DNA of 64,000 nt from Octopus sinensis (taxonomy: Eukaryota), in the NCBI RefSeq assembly GCF_006345805.1, contig NC_042997.1, positions 142,104,001-142,168,000 of the forward strand. The letters are read 5' to 3'. Shown one piece after another: positions 24,708 to 37,659 of this stretch; position 1 is the first letter of the stretch, and each line of letters opens with the position of its first letter. The notes beneath the pieces are model-generated. The model did no database searches, was not told the origin of the DNA, and saw only the letters and a list, made by a program, of their open reading frames with translations. Position numbers and translations under genes: made by a program.

Positions 24708-25135
24708 TCTGGCACGGTTGTGCAGTTAAGGAAATTGCTTCGCAACCATGTGGTTTACGGTTCAGTCCCTATGTATGGCACCTTGAGCAAACATTTTCTG
24801 TTGAAGCTCCTTGTCAATCAATTCTTTGTGAGTGAATCTGGTGGATGGAAACTGTGTAGAAGCCTGTCATGTGTGTATGTGTGTATGTGTGTGCATGCGC
24901 CTGCGTGTGTGTTTGTCTTTGTGTCTGTGATTGTTCTGCCTTGTGCTTGACAACCAGTGTAGGTTTGCTTACATTCCAATAACTTAGCAGTTCAGAAAAA
25001 TAGACAGCTAGAACAAGTACTAGACTCATAAAATAAGTATTGGGGGTAATGTGTTTCACTAAAACCCTTCAAGGCGATGCTCCAGCATAGCTGCAGTTCA
25101 ATGACTGAAACAAATAAAAGATAGAAGTAGAAGAA
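24708..25135 (+). mobile_element. CORE-type SINE, diverged
   Basis: A/B boxes, GGCACCTTGAGCAA, tail GCAGTTCAATGACTGAAACAAATAAAAGA. Confidence 0.8.
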
Positions 25136-25689
25136 ACAAAAAGAAGAGAAAATCTGAGCCTCAGTTGGAGCAACAACAAGGAACAGGCAAAGAAAAAGAT
25201 GCTCACAAATAATGACAACCAAAATTGACAAAATATGACAACAACAGGTCACAAAAGATTACTAACGTGACTAATGACATAACAATGCTCAATGACGACA
25301 GCAAAAGAAGAATTTAATTCAAAGGAAAATAAACCAAAGAGCAAAGAATTTAACTAAACAGAAGAAACAAATAATGAAGACTATCACAAAGAACAAATAA
25401 TATAACTAAAGATACATAACTAAGAATATAATTACAGGTGAAGAACTAGTCATATAACCAAATGTGAATAACGAAAAATATAAACAAATATAACATAGTT
25501 GAAGAAATAATTATATAACCAAATATAAAGTTCTGTTGTGTCTGGGGAGAATCATTTTCTTTTTGTGCCTTATAATTTAACACACTCACTGGTAAAATTT
25601 CCACTTATTTCTTATTTTTATTTTCCTAAAATTTTCGTTGCATCTTGCAACCTTTTCAATAGTCTTGACTCTGTTAGTTTACACTGCGT

Positions 25690-26090
25690 TCTTTTTTGTT
25701 TGTTTGTGCACATGTGTGTGGGTCAGTGTGTGTGTGAGTGTGTGCCTATGCATGCATGCATGTACGTATGTATGTATGTGTGTATGTATGCATGTGTGTG
25801 TATGTATATATGTGTGTATGCATATGTATATATGTATGTATGTGTGTGCATCTGTATGTATGTATCCTGCATATTCATATGCTTGCATGTCCGTGTTTGT
25901 GTATTTTCTGTGTATGTGTGTGTGAGCATGCATTTGTATATATATGCACCTCTGTCTCCTTGTGTGTGTATGTCTGTGTGTGTGCGTTTCGCAACTATGT
26001 ACCATTTTTGTATGTATAGATGTGCATCTCTATATGTGTGGACCTGTGTCTCCATATGTGTCCTTGTGTGGAGTAAAGTGTGTGTGTGTA
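25690..26090. repeat. Degenerate (TG)/(TATG) microsatellite
   Basis: Direct inspection. Confidence 0.9.
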
Positions 26091-26627
26091 TATATGGTCA
26101 TGTGTTTCAGTCTCCATTTGCAAACCAAATCCCAAAACCAAATATAAAGTACTAAATATCTAACCAAAGAAGGAGAGCCAATGATATAAAATGATATAAA
26201 GAAGAAAAAAAAGACAAAGAAAAAAACAAAAACTGCAACTGATGTATATACCAAGGATGACCAAAGAATATAAAAAAAAAATGAAGATGCAATACTTTTT
26301 AACAAAGATGAAGAGCAAAGACAATCAAGAAAGATGAAAGTAATGCTACAACCAAAGAGAAAGAAGCAGGAATACATGAGAACATGAATAGAAAAAAGAT
26401 GAAAAAACAATGGCTGTAAACATGAAATAATATATAAAAAATATACCAAAGGTGAAGATACATAAATTTAAACATAAACGATGAACCAAGATTATAATGA
26501 AAGAGATACATAGGAAGAACAAGGTAACAAAAATGTAGAGCCAAACATTGGAGAAAACAAAAATAAAAAAAGTACAAGCCTAAAACAAAACCAAAAGAAG
26601 GAATCATATAAAATGAATGCTGAACCT

Positions 26628-26666
<39 letters not shown>

Positions 26667-26688
26667 TATGTCCTAGGTATGACTTTAA

Positions 26689-26895
26689 CCCTTTAGTATT
26701 TAAACAGGTTATATCCAGGCCAAATATTCTACCTGTTTTATGTACAAACTGGCCAGACCTGGCCTCTCACACCATCCTTACAATATACTTCTAAAAATAA
26801 ACATTTACCACATCTAAATCTCAAAGCTACAAGACAATGCATAATTAATTTAAAACACATGAATAAATAAGCATTACACTAGACAGAATAATGGG
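26689..26895 (+). mobile_element. TTAA-flanked MITE with a partly deleted right TIR
   Basis: TTAA|CCCTTTAGTATT..AATAATGGG|TTAA; homologue at 1-112. Confidence 0.7.
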
Positions 26896-26899
26896 TTAA

Positions 26900-27450
26900 A
26901 CTGCATCCAGTTGTGGGGCTCTGGTTCGAGAGTTCCAGGGTTTTGAAGAGTGTGAAACCATGTCTTAGTCACTATTGTTCCCAGGTGTTACTCTGACCTG
27001 GAGTAGTAGCACCTGTGACGGTCATAACCGTGGGTTAACTAGCATGTGTGATGACAATCCATCTGAGCTTGTAGACACAGATATACCCTTGGTTAGAATC
27101 AGGGCATGCAGTAAACCCACTGGGAATGAGGGACCCCTTGATGTTGCCACACCGCAGCATCCTTCTAGGTGAATGACACTGTGATGTAAAACCTCTGGTT
27201 TCACATGATGACTGGTCATCTCACTCTGGCTTGTCACCAAGTACTAAGAAGAAAAACTCAGACAGTAATACTCGTATTGTACAAGCATTTATCACTATAA
27301 TCCAGTAATGTACAGATGTCTCTTTATGGTGACCTCATTTGTCATTCCATCTACTGAAAGTCCTAGGGTGATAGAAGAGTGGTGACATGTGCAGACCGAA
27401 TCAGCTAGAAGTGTGCAGTAAATTACAACTTTCATCTGTCATCTATACTT
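26900..27450 (-). mobile_element. Possible LTR / primer-binding-site junction fragment
   Basis: Higher-GC unique block. Minus strand has a TGTAAT start, an AT-rich U5-like stretch, then TTGGTGACA; no recognisable gag. Weak. Confidence 0.2.
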
Positions 27451-27845
27451 CCAACCATGCAGTGGGACTGAATTGTTATCTGAAGGGTCATGGATGGAAA
27501 ACCAGTAAAGCCATTGACAACAAGACAACAAAAGAATACAGCCATATATATATATAGGTTAGACATGGCTGTGTGATAAAGAAGCTCGCTTTGCAAAAGC
27601 AAGTTTGTACTATGCTGTACAAGCTTGTCAGATTAATGTACTTTCAGAGCAATAGACTTATAGTAGCTCAAATTTAAATCCTGTATTCATAAAATTACAT
27701 ATATACATACATACTACATACATATATGCATACATAAATATATATATGTGTATATATATATATATCATCATCATCGTTTAACGTCCGTTTCCACGCTAGC
27801 ACGGGATATATATATATATATATATTAGCTCCTTCTATATAATAA

Positions 27846-27901
<56 letters not shown>

Positions 27902-27957
27902 GATATATATATATATATATGTATATATATGTATATATGTATGTATGTATGTATATA

Positions 27958-28072
27958 TCACGTCACGTGACCGACCAGACCATCAGATGTTGCTACACAT
28001 CGCTGGTCACAATGCGTTCGCATTGTTTTAGCCTTCGAACGACGCCACCCCGCTGGCTAAGCGAGCAGGCCA
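27958..28072 (-). mobile_element. Young 3' tail of SINE family C
   Basis: CpG-rich; reverse complement matches the end of 45730-46015 (GCATTGTGACCAGCGATGT..TCTGGT). Confidence 0.7.
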
Positions 28073-28123
28073 ATGTATATATATATATATATATGTATAT
28101 ATATGTATATATGTTATATATGT

Positions 28124-29278
28124 GTCAGTCCACCTGTGCATACCTTCCTTCTTGTGACACTTGTGAAGACCGGTTGAGGCAAGTGAAAATCAAATCAAAT
28201 CAAATCAAAATAGACAAAATAGATGAACATCAATGGAATTTGTATCTTGTGGTACCAGTGCCTGTGGCACACAAGAAATCCATCAGTGCCGTAGTCAGTG
28301 CGGTGGGCACATGACAAACACCATCCGATCGTGGCCGTTCGCCAGCCTCATCTAGCACCTGTGTCGGTGGCACATAAAAACACCATCCGAAGACCCGGCA
28401 AGACTAGTCAGGCCATAACCCATGCCTCTACCTGGGACGTAGTCAGTCCACCTGTGCATACCTTCCTTCTTGTGACACTTGTGAAGACCTGTTGAGGCAA
28501 GTGAAAATCAAAATCAAAATCAAATCAAAACAAATCAAAATAGATGAACATCAATGGAATTTGTATCTTTGTGGTACCAGTGCCTGTGGCACGTGGCACA
28601 TAAGAAAACCATCCGAACGTGGCCGTAGCCAGTACCGCATCGACTGGCCTCCGTGCTGTGGGCACGTAACAAGCACCATCCGATCGTGGCCGTTTGCCAG
28701 CCTCATCTGGCACCTGTGTCGGTGGCACATAAAAACACCATCCGAGCGTGGCCGTCTGCCAGCCTCGTCTGGCCCTGTGTCGGTGGCACATAAAAACACC
28801 ATCCGAGCGTGGCCGTCTGCCAGCCTCGTCTGGCACCTGTGTCGGTGGCACATAAAAAACACCATCCGAGCGTGGCCGTCTGCCAGCCTCGTCTGGCACC
28901 TGTGTCGGGCACATAAAAAACACCATCCGAGCGTGGCCGTTTGCCAGCCTCGTCTGGCACCTGTGTCGGTGGCACATAAAAACACCATCCGAGCGTGGCC
29001 GTCTGCCAGCCTCGTCTGGCACCTGTGTCGTGGCACATAAAAAACACCATCCGAGCGTGGCCGTTTGCCAGCCTCGTCTGGCACCTGTGTCGGTGGCACA
29101 TAAAATCACCCACTACACTCTCGGAGTGGTTGGCCTTAGGAAGGGCATCCAGCTGTAGAAACACTGCCAGATCTGACTGGACTGGTGCAGCTTTTGGGCT
29201 CCCCAGACCCCAGTTGAACCGTCCAACCCATGCTAGCATGGAAAGCGGACGTTAAATGATGATGATGATGATGATGAT
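28124..29278 (+). mobile_element. Two tandem RTE-type 3' ends (second starts about 28391; 318-bp offset) ending in (GAT)n
   Basis: GTCAGTCCACCTGTGCATACC block at 28124 and 28442; terminal CCATGCTAGCATGGAAAGCGGACGTTAAA(TGA)n. Confidence 0.85.
28674..29104 (+). repeat. Seven near-identical ~62-bp tandem units
   Basis: CACCATCCGAGCGTGGCCGTCTGCCAGCCTCGTCTGGCACCTGTGTCGGTGGCACATAAAAA; no spacers. Confidence 0.95.
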
Positions 29279-29295
29279 ATATATATATATATATC

Positions 29296-29743
29296 AATTA
29301 AATTAGAGATAAAACCACTATTAGGCAACTCAGTGATAGACATAAACCAAAACATAAAAAAACAAAAAATAAATATAATTAATATAATATATAATATATA
29401 TATAAACTATAAAATTTAAAATATTAAATTATTAAAATTTTAAATTTATATATTTTTAAATTTTTAAATTTTTAAATTTTTGATTTTTTTATATAACTAA
29501 CCAAAAAGTATATTATATTTAACTTTTTCATACTTTTTGGTTAGTTACATATAAAAAAAAATCAAAAATTAAAAAAATTAAAAATATAAATTAAAAAATT
29601 TTAAATTTTAATAATTTAATAATTTAAATTTTATATTTTATATATATATTATATATTATATTAATTACATTTATTTTTTATGTTTTGGTTTATGTCTATC
29701 ACTGTTTGAGTTGCCTAATAGTGGTTTTATCTCTAATTTAATT
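29296..29743. mobile_element. AT-rich foldback element, ~215-bp arms, 18-nt spacer
   Basis: AATTAAATTAGAGATAAAACCACTATTAGGCAACTC..AACTAACCAAAAAGTAT / ATACTTTTTGGTTAGTTA..GAGTTGCCTAATAGTGGTTTTATCTCTAATTTAATT. Confidence 0.9.
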
Positions 29744-29944
29744 TATATTTATACTGTGAAATTTGATTTAATCCTAAATCTAATTTTTCCTTGTAAGTTT
29801 GGATATACTCCCTAATATTATTATTTATATATATACATACACATACATATATGCATGCATGACTACTGCAATGTATCATCAGATGAAAGAATGGGCCTAT
29901 ATGAGCAGAAGACTATGCATGGATATGTTAGTAGAAAGCTCTGA

Positions 29945-30668
29945 GATGATAGTAACATCAATCATCAAAGCAGTTTATCATGGACCAATAGCCGGATAAT
30001 ACCCCCCACTTTGAAGGGTATGCATTTGCAATCCAGGAACAGGAAATTTCAACCAAGTACCTGATGCACAAAAGGGATAGAGATGCAAGAAAAGTAGTAA
30101 AATGTGACAACCAATGCAGAGTTTGTGGAGTTAACACCGAAGACATCACACACATCATAAGCAGTTGTCTGAAAATATCATCACAGTATTATCTACCGAT
30201 GAGAAATGATGTTGTAGCCAGGACATTCTATAATGAAATCCATTGGAAGGATAACCCCGAGGACAAAGAAATAAGAACTCACAGTATGGTAGAAGCCATC
30301 TGCAGCTACTCTATCCAGATTACAAATTCAGGTTTATACCTGTAATTATTGGAGCTCTGGGATAAGTAACACACTGCCTAAACACCAATCTTCAGAAATT
30401 AGGCTTCTCAAAACCAGAAAGGAGAAAGCTAATTCAAAGACTACAGATCCAATCCTTCAAAGGAACTGTAAAAATCTGTAAAACTTTAAATATATATGAG
30501 CATGTCTACATATGCAACTATATGCATGAGAATACATACATGAAGCAAAACATACAAATCTGCACATATATATACATACATACATACAAGCAAAAATACC
30601 CTGTTGTTGATGTTGAAATTCCAGTAAATCTAGGTTAGAAACCAGCTCTTTCTCTATTGGCAAGAAAT
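29945..30668 (+). pseudogene. R2/R4/Dong-type RLE retrotransposon 3' fragment with internal deletion and 3' UTR
   Basis: GYAFAIQEQEISTKYL..CRVCGVNTEDITHIISSC..RNDVVA, then FIPVIIGALG..RKLIQRLQIQSFKGTVKICKT. Confidence 0.85.
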
Positions 30669-31150
30669 CATCATCATCATCATCATCGTTTAACGTCCGC
30701 TTTCCATGCTAGCATGGGTTGGACAATTTGACTGAGGTCTGGCGAACCAGATGGCTGCACCAGACTCCAATCTGATGTGGCAGAGTTTCTACAGCTTGAT
30801 GCTGTTCCTAATGTCAACCATTCCGAGAGTGTAGTGGGTGCTTTTACGTGCCACCGGCACGAGGGCCAGTCAGGCGGTACTGGCAACGGCCATACTCAAA
30901 TGGTACTTTTTATGTGCCACCTGCACAGGAGCCACTCCAGCGGCACTGGCAACAACCTTGCTCGAATGTTTTTTCAAATGCCACCAGCACAAGTGCCAGT
31001 AAGGTGACGCAGGTAACGATCATGCTTGATTGGTGTGTTTTACGTGCCATTGGCATAGAGGCCAGCTTGTTGCTCTGGCAATGATCACGCTTGTATGGTA
31101 CTCTTAGTGCTCCACTATCATGGATGCCAGTCATGGAATTTGATTTCGAA
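30668..31150 (-). mobile_element. RTE-type 3' end with about 5 diverged ~60-bp modules
   Basis: (CAT)n tail, CCATGCTAGCATGG, repeated TTTTAYGTGCCACC..GCCAG..CTGGCAAC units. Confidence 0.85.
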
Positions 31151-31190
31151 TGACATGCATATACATATATATATATATGTATGTATATAT

Positions 31191-31251
<61 letters not shown>

Positions 31252-31259
31252 ATATATAT

Positions 31260-31720
31260 ATAACTATTACTTTTCACTAGAAGATAAATAAGCCAAGATG
31301 AAGATTCATAACCAAGGACTAAATTGTATCTAAACAATCAAAAATATAATTGTAGCTGAAGACAAAAATGTAGTACCAAATGCAAAATCAAAAATCAAAT
31401 ATTAAATACAACAGGTCAAAGATTAGCAACAATGATTATCTATCCAAAGATGAAGAAACAATGGTTGCAAAGAAAGATGAACAACCAACGATATAACTGA
31501 AGATGCAAAGCCAAGAATTCAGCCAAAGATGAAGATCTAAGAATAAAACAAATAATGGGGACTGGAGGAAAAATCAACAATATAACAAAAATAAAGAAAT
31601 AAATAGATAAATCCAAAACTGAAGAAACAAAAATATCACCATGTATAAAGACATGGGAATTCAATCAAAACTGAATAATAAAGATTTATAACAAACGACT
31701 AACTTAAGGCTAAATAACTA
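31260..31720 (+). repeat. Further block of the A-rich AACCAAAGATGAAG domain
   Basis: GCCAAGATGAAGA, TCCAAAGATGAAGAAAC and GCCAAAGATGAAGATC motifs. Confidence 0.65.
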
Positions 31721-31792
31721 CAATAGTATATTGTACATATTTCAAATCAATTTGTTTTCAGTCTAGACTTCCTTCCAGTTGCACAACGCATT

Positions 31793-31825
<33 letters not shown>

Positions 31826-31929
31826 AAAGAAGAGAGAGAGAGATAAGGAGAACAGGAAGCAAAAATAGAAGAAAAAGGGCTAGTGGCAAAGTATCTGGTT
31901 GAATACATAATATACACGATCCAATGTTA

Positions 31930-32112
<183 letters not shown>

Positions 32113-33413
32113 TCAACAGGAAAATATATTAATGTATTTTCTCATTAAATATTTACTAATGGTCAAACACCTGATTGCGTTGTATTCGTCAACCCCACAA
32201 AACCTATTTCATTCAATTTTACACATCAACTGGTAGTTTATGAATGCATGTACGATGTGCAGAACAAACGTACGAAAGTCTCCGAGTAAGAGTATGTGTC
32301 TATTATATATTTTGAGATGAGTGAGTAGTTAACTAATTTGTTAAGTATTTCACTTGATGACTGCAAGCTCCATCACTATCACTGTGAAGGACAGTCTAAG
32401 GTAGCATTCACACACACACAGACGCGCGCGTATGTATGTGTATATTTATGTACTTATACATACATAAATTCATACACACACGTGTGTGTGTGTGTATGTG
32501 CTGCTTGTCTGCGTGTGTCAGTATGTATGTGTGTCTGTGTGGGTGTTTTAATATTAGAGCCGGTAGCCTATGTGCTTTAAATTAAGAAGTATAAAATAGA
32601 TGTAATTACTTTAAATCCATGTTTGTTAAACGTCGTCAGTAAACTAATTAGAACGTCGATATCATTTTTAATTGTTGCAATAATAAATAAACAACAACAG
32701 CAATTACGTCTACAATAACATCGACTACTACTGCTACTACTACTACTACTACTATCACCGCCAACACAATCACTACTAGCGCCAACACAATCACCAGCAG
32801 CACCATCACTATTGTAACCAATATTCACCAGTAAACGTGGAGATATAGCAGAGAGGACTGGTGTTTTTCTTTCTCGTCATTGAATATATATTTACAACCG
32901 ATGTGTTCTTCCCCTGTCGAGACAGCAAAGATATCAAAACAGGTAACAAAAACCCAACAAAACACCTACAAATAACGATACAATTCTAGCTACCTTTAAC
33001 GTCCAATGTACATACATGTGTGTACATGAACGTGTCTGTGTATGTATATGTATGAAGCTCATTTATTTATTCATATTATGTAAATTATCTCTATGTAAAT
33101 TAAATGACATTCAATAATTTTTGTATATGCAAACACTATATACAAATAGTATACATATTTTAATATCAGTTTTGTTACATATCTATCTATCCATATCTAT
33201 CTATCAATCTATCATGAGTGTGTGTGTAAGAATTTGTTTGTATTATATTTCTCTTTGTATAACGGGACTGTATATTAACATTTCCTGTAAAATAATTTAC
33301 ATTAGATCTATTGTATATTTAAAATGATGTGTGACAAGGCTTGGCAAATTGGTGGGAAGGGTGTCTTTTCGATTTATAATATTTTAAGTGATAATCTTTA
33401 TCGACTGAATCCG

Positions 33414-33483
<70 letters not shown>

Positions 33484-35894
33484 GAGATCTGTAATGTGTA
33501 TAAAATAAATTTGCCTTACTGTTTTAAAGCAGACAAGCCTCAAAATATAAGCAACTAAATACAAGAAGCAAGCATCTATTTATCTTTTCGTTTTCTTATG
33601 AGTTTTTACGTAAGTCGCGCTTTGATTGTTGACGTTGGAGATAATTTATTTACTAATGATATAATTTCGCCAAACTCTCTGTCAGAAGAAATTTACCTGA
33701 AGCTGTCAGTGTCTTTTATTGATAAGGCTAATGTTACAAATAAACAGAATTCTACCAACATACTCAGATGTAATCTTATTAATTAAGACTTAGTCTTATT
33801 AATTAATTACCTCTTATCCGGCACCAGTAGAAGAAACTTGTGTCCGCTTATTATTTTTTTTTTTCCTCACTGAACACTCGAGTTTCTTCCTATAATCCTT
33901 ACACATTTTCTCTTTTCTTTAACCAATAAGACCTATTGAAAAAATTGACGTAGTTTATAATTATTGTTAAAAATTAACTTCAACAAATTATGTACATTGT
34001 TATACGACAGTTATTGGTTTGTGGGGGATATTCTGTAATGTAATCCTTACCAACCGCAAGGAAATGGCTACACGGAAACCGTTATGGTAAACAACCAACG
34101 TATAAACAGCACATGGTTATTATGAAACCTTCAACAAAGTAGAATCTCTTCGCTCCATGCCTGTCATGTTATATTTTGCTTGACTGTTCTTTATTTCTTG
34201 TTTTAAATCGATCGCACTTATTGTGTCTCTCGTGTGTGTATGTGTAACTTATCAACACATTGTCGTTCGTACGTGTCAGTAGGTTTATTGTTTGTACTCG
34301 GTGTGTCTATGTGTGAAAAATAAACTGCATGTCTCATCACATCTGTAATGTTTCAAGCAACTATTGCTTTTTAATATTTTGACTGTGTTGTTGTTGACCC
34401 CCAAGTGAGTCCGGATCGAACAGTTTAAGGATGTTCCTTCCGTGAAATCCCCGTTCCTCTCCCCCCAGACATAATATATCAAGGATTTTTTATTTCAATG
34501 CGTTTTGATTTTTGTAAAAGACTACAGGGTTTGATTTAATGGAATTTTAGCTGCTATTTCTAGTAGAGCGTAGGATGTTGCTGTAATTAATAATGAAAAT
34601 GTACTATAATATACACATTACCACAAAACAGATACGCTCAAGTATGCACTCACATATCTACGCACACGCACGATGAAATAATTCAAGCATTCCTTGAAGG
34701 GAACTACAGTCGAGTAAATTAGTCAACAATTATCGATTCTGTGTCTTAGCTGGAAGAATGATAAATTTTGTTTCTTGAGGGTCACTAATTAAGCAGACAA
34801 CCCTATGACAAAATGACTTTGTATTTATTGCACTACATTGTTTAATGTAAATTACCAAGACTATTTAGCAAGCATATCTCAACATGCTACTACACTTAAC
34901 TATATAAATTAGATAGTATTTATTCACAGCTCACAATACTGGACCTCCCTTGTCATTGTCGACTATTATTTCGAAATATATTCGATAAATATACTCAACC
35001 GTTTCCTGGCGAGATTGCTTAGCGCGCAGAGATTTCCAAGTGATCTCCATATATTTCCCCTAAACCTAATCTCTGTTGGATTACAACATTCTCCCACAAA
35101 AGATATTTACTTATCCCTTCCATATTTAACTCCTATTTTCTGTCTCTCATCCCATTTAATTTCACATAATCAACTAATATTACATTTAAATTTTCGATAA
35201 CTTAGTTTCTTAATTTATATTAGTCGTCACCATAGTAATTCAGATAAGGTTATCAAATAACCTCAGACCGATTAGATAATCTAAAATCCACACGTAGATA
35301 GGTATAGATATATTAATTAGCCGAGATAACATTGTTTTAGCCGTCCTCATTGTTCCCCTAAGTATTTAACTTGTTTTCCCCCTCCACCTCCTACACACCG
35401 TTGTTTAATTATTCTCTCTTCTCACTGATGCACTTTCTCTCTCTCTCTTCTACAACTGACTAACCAATTCTCAGACCCCCACCTTCCTTTCTCTAGTTCT
35501 TTTCAAGCTTTTATATTTCTCTTGCCGCCTACCGTCCCATACTGTTCTCAAGTTTATATTTTCCAAGTGCACATGTGCAAAATTGTTGCCGCCAGACTTA
35601 ACTATATACCAACATAAATTAGCATGTTCAACGCATGTACACATGCCATCACCTGTAAGCACATACGTATACTAACTAAATTGCCCCATTACACACCTAA
35701 AATTTCTCCACACTTAAATTTTAATAAACTAAATATATCAGGTGATCGTCTTTTATAAATCAACGGTTAAATCACCTGCTACTTGATTGAGATAAATTAA
35801 AAATATTGTGAAAGATATGCAGATACCAATTCTTTTTAACCGGCCGAACACCTTAGATTTTCAGCTAGTGTAATCAATAGTTCTGGATCTTCGA

Positions 35895-35932
<38 letters not shown>

Positions 35933-36248
35933 GGTCTTATTTTTTTTTATTATTAAGTCTTATTTTTTTTATTGCGTGTTAGTATTATTATGAATATTAT
36001 TATCTGAAACACATATACTTCTGTGATTACAAACAAGTATATTCATGAATTAACTGAAATCCATACATACAACCAAAATCTAATACTATAGATCAATTAT
36101 AGTGTAGTACCGTTATTATATAACTTGTTGATTGAGAAATGTGTATTAATGAGATAAAGCCATTCTGTGAGATTCGCCAGTTTCAATATTGGCGAAACTG
36201 ATAACGGGCGAGCGTAAATTCTTTGTCGTTATTAATTCATTCACTCAC

Positions 36249-36277
36249 CTACCAGTGACCATTACAAATTTCACCAT
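36249..36277 (-). CDS. Speculative first coding exon MVKFVMVTG
   Basis: GAAATGG start context and overlapping donors G|GTAGGT and AG|GTGAGT; too short to identify. Confidence 0.18.
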
Positions 36278-36300
36278 TTCTAAAATAACTCATTCACGGT

Positions 36301-36328
36301 TTACGTAATTTTACTTGCTCACGTGAGC
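36301..36328. promoter_or_regulatory. Adjacent palindromic motifs TTACGTAA (PAR-bZIP/D-box-like) and GCTCACGTGAGC (E-box)
   Basis: Read directly at 36301-36308 and 36317-36328; function inferred. Confidence 0.35.
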
Positions 36329-36606
36329 CACCTCTTTGTCGCTTCTCTGAATATATATATATACGCGGGTTTGTGTGTATATACATGTGTGTGTCTGTGA
36401 GTACGTAAGTATGTATATATGTGTGTATGTGTGCATATATGCACCTACGGATGTATGTATGTATGAGTGTGTATGTATGTGAGTGCGTATGTATGAATAT
36501 ATATGCGTATGTATATGAGTACATAATGTCTACATGTATATATGTTAATGTGTATAAATGTATATGTGTATATATACATATTTAATTGTATAAAAATATA
36601 TGTTAA

Positions 36607-36668
<62 letters not shown>

Positions 36669-36839
36669 ATGTACATATATATATATATATATATATATGT
36701 AATGTACATATATATATATATACATACATGTGTGTAAATATATATATATATATACATACATGTGTGTAAATATATATATATATATGTAACTATATATAAA
36801 AATACATAAGCATAGCACATGTACATATTTTTGGATATG

Positions 36840-37195
36840 CATCATCATCATCATCGTTTAGCGTCCGCTTTCCATGCTAGCATGGGTTGGACGGTTCAAC
36901 TGGGGTCTGGGAAGCCAGAAGGCTGCACCAGGCCCAGTTTGATCTGGCAATGTTTCTACGGCTGGATGCCCTTCCTAACGCCAACCACTCCATGAGTGTA
37001 GTGGGTGTTTTTTATGTGCCAGACGAGTCTGGCAAACGGCCACGATCGGATGGTGCTTGATATGTACCACCGGCACGGGGGCCAGGCGAGGCTGGCAAAC
37101 GGCTACGATTGGATGGTGCATTTTATGTGCCACCGGCACGGGGGCCAGGCGAGGCTGGCAACGGCCACGAACAGATGGTGCTTTTTACGTGCCAC
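36840..37195 (-). mobile_element. RTE-type 3' end
   Basis: (CAT)n, terminal palindrome, GCCAGGCGAGGCTGGC modules. Confidence 0.85.
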
Positions 37196-37659
37196 ATATA
37201 TATATGTGTTTTTAATATTTTTTAAAGCTAAAACAAGTTATAAATGAAAAATTGTTAAAAAAAATTTATATTTGAATCAATGAAAATTTTAGAAAAAAAT
37301 AAATTAGTAAATGAGTGGAAATTGAACCGGTGAGTGTGTTAAGTAATAAGGCACTAAAAGAGAATGACTCTCCCCAGACACAATAATATATATATATATA
37401 TGGAGAAAAGGTTTTTGGTGTTGTACAGAATATTATATTAATAATGATAATAATAAGGCTATTCAGAAGAAATGAAAGAATTGTAAAGTTTATTTATATA
37501 CAGAAAATCCACAAATCATCCAAGGAAATGAAATAAACAAATTGAGATAAAATAATGTAAAATTTTTATGCCATTACGTTTATGAATTCATCTTGGTTGA
37601 GCATGCTTATGAGTCAACAATTACGAATGCACTATCATATATATATATATATATATATA

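Larger units (their letters stand above)
22970..26625 (+). repeat. Degenerate A-rich minisatellite domain (motif ~AACCAAAGATGAAGAAC) in blocks 22970-24180, 24550-24705, 25130-25530, 26130-26625
   Basis: Motif variants recur every few tens of bp with strong plus-strand A bias; interrupted by younger elements. Confidence 0.7.

Noticed and set aside
28492-29239. Several 180-190 aa ORFs on both strands; CRISPR-like appearance
   Set aside because: Read-through of a spacerless 62-bp tandem array inside an RTE 3' UTR; no unique spacers and no cas genes.
36172-36199. Overlapping 7-bp stems TTCGCCA/TGGCGAA and CAGTTTC/GAAACTG (pseudoknot-like)
   Set aside because: Short, mutually overlapping and explainable by a small local inversion or duplication.
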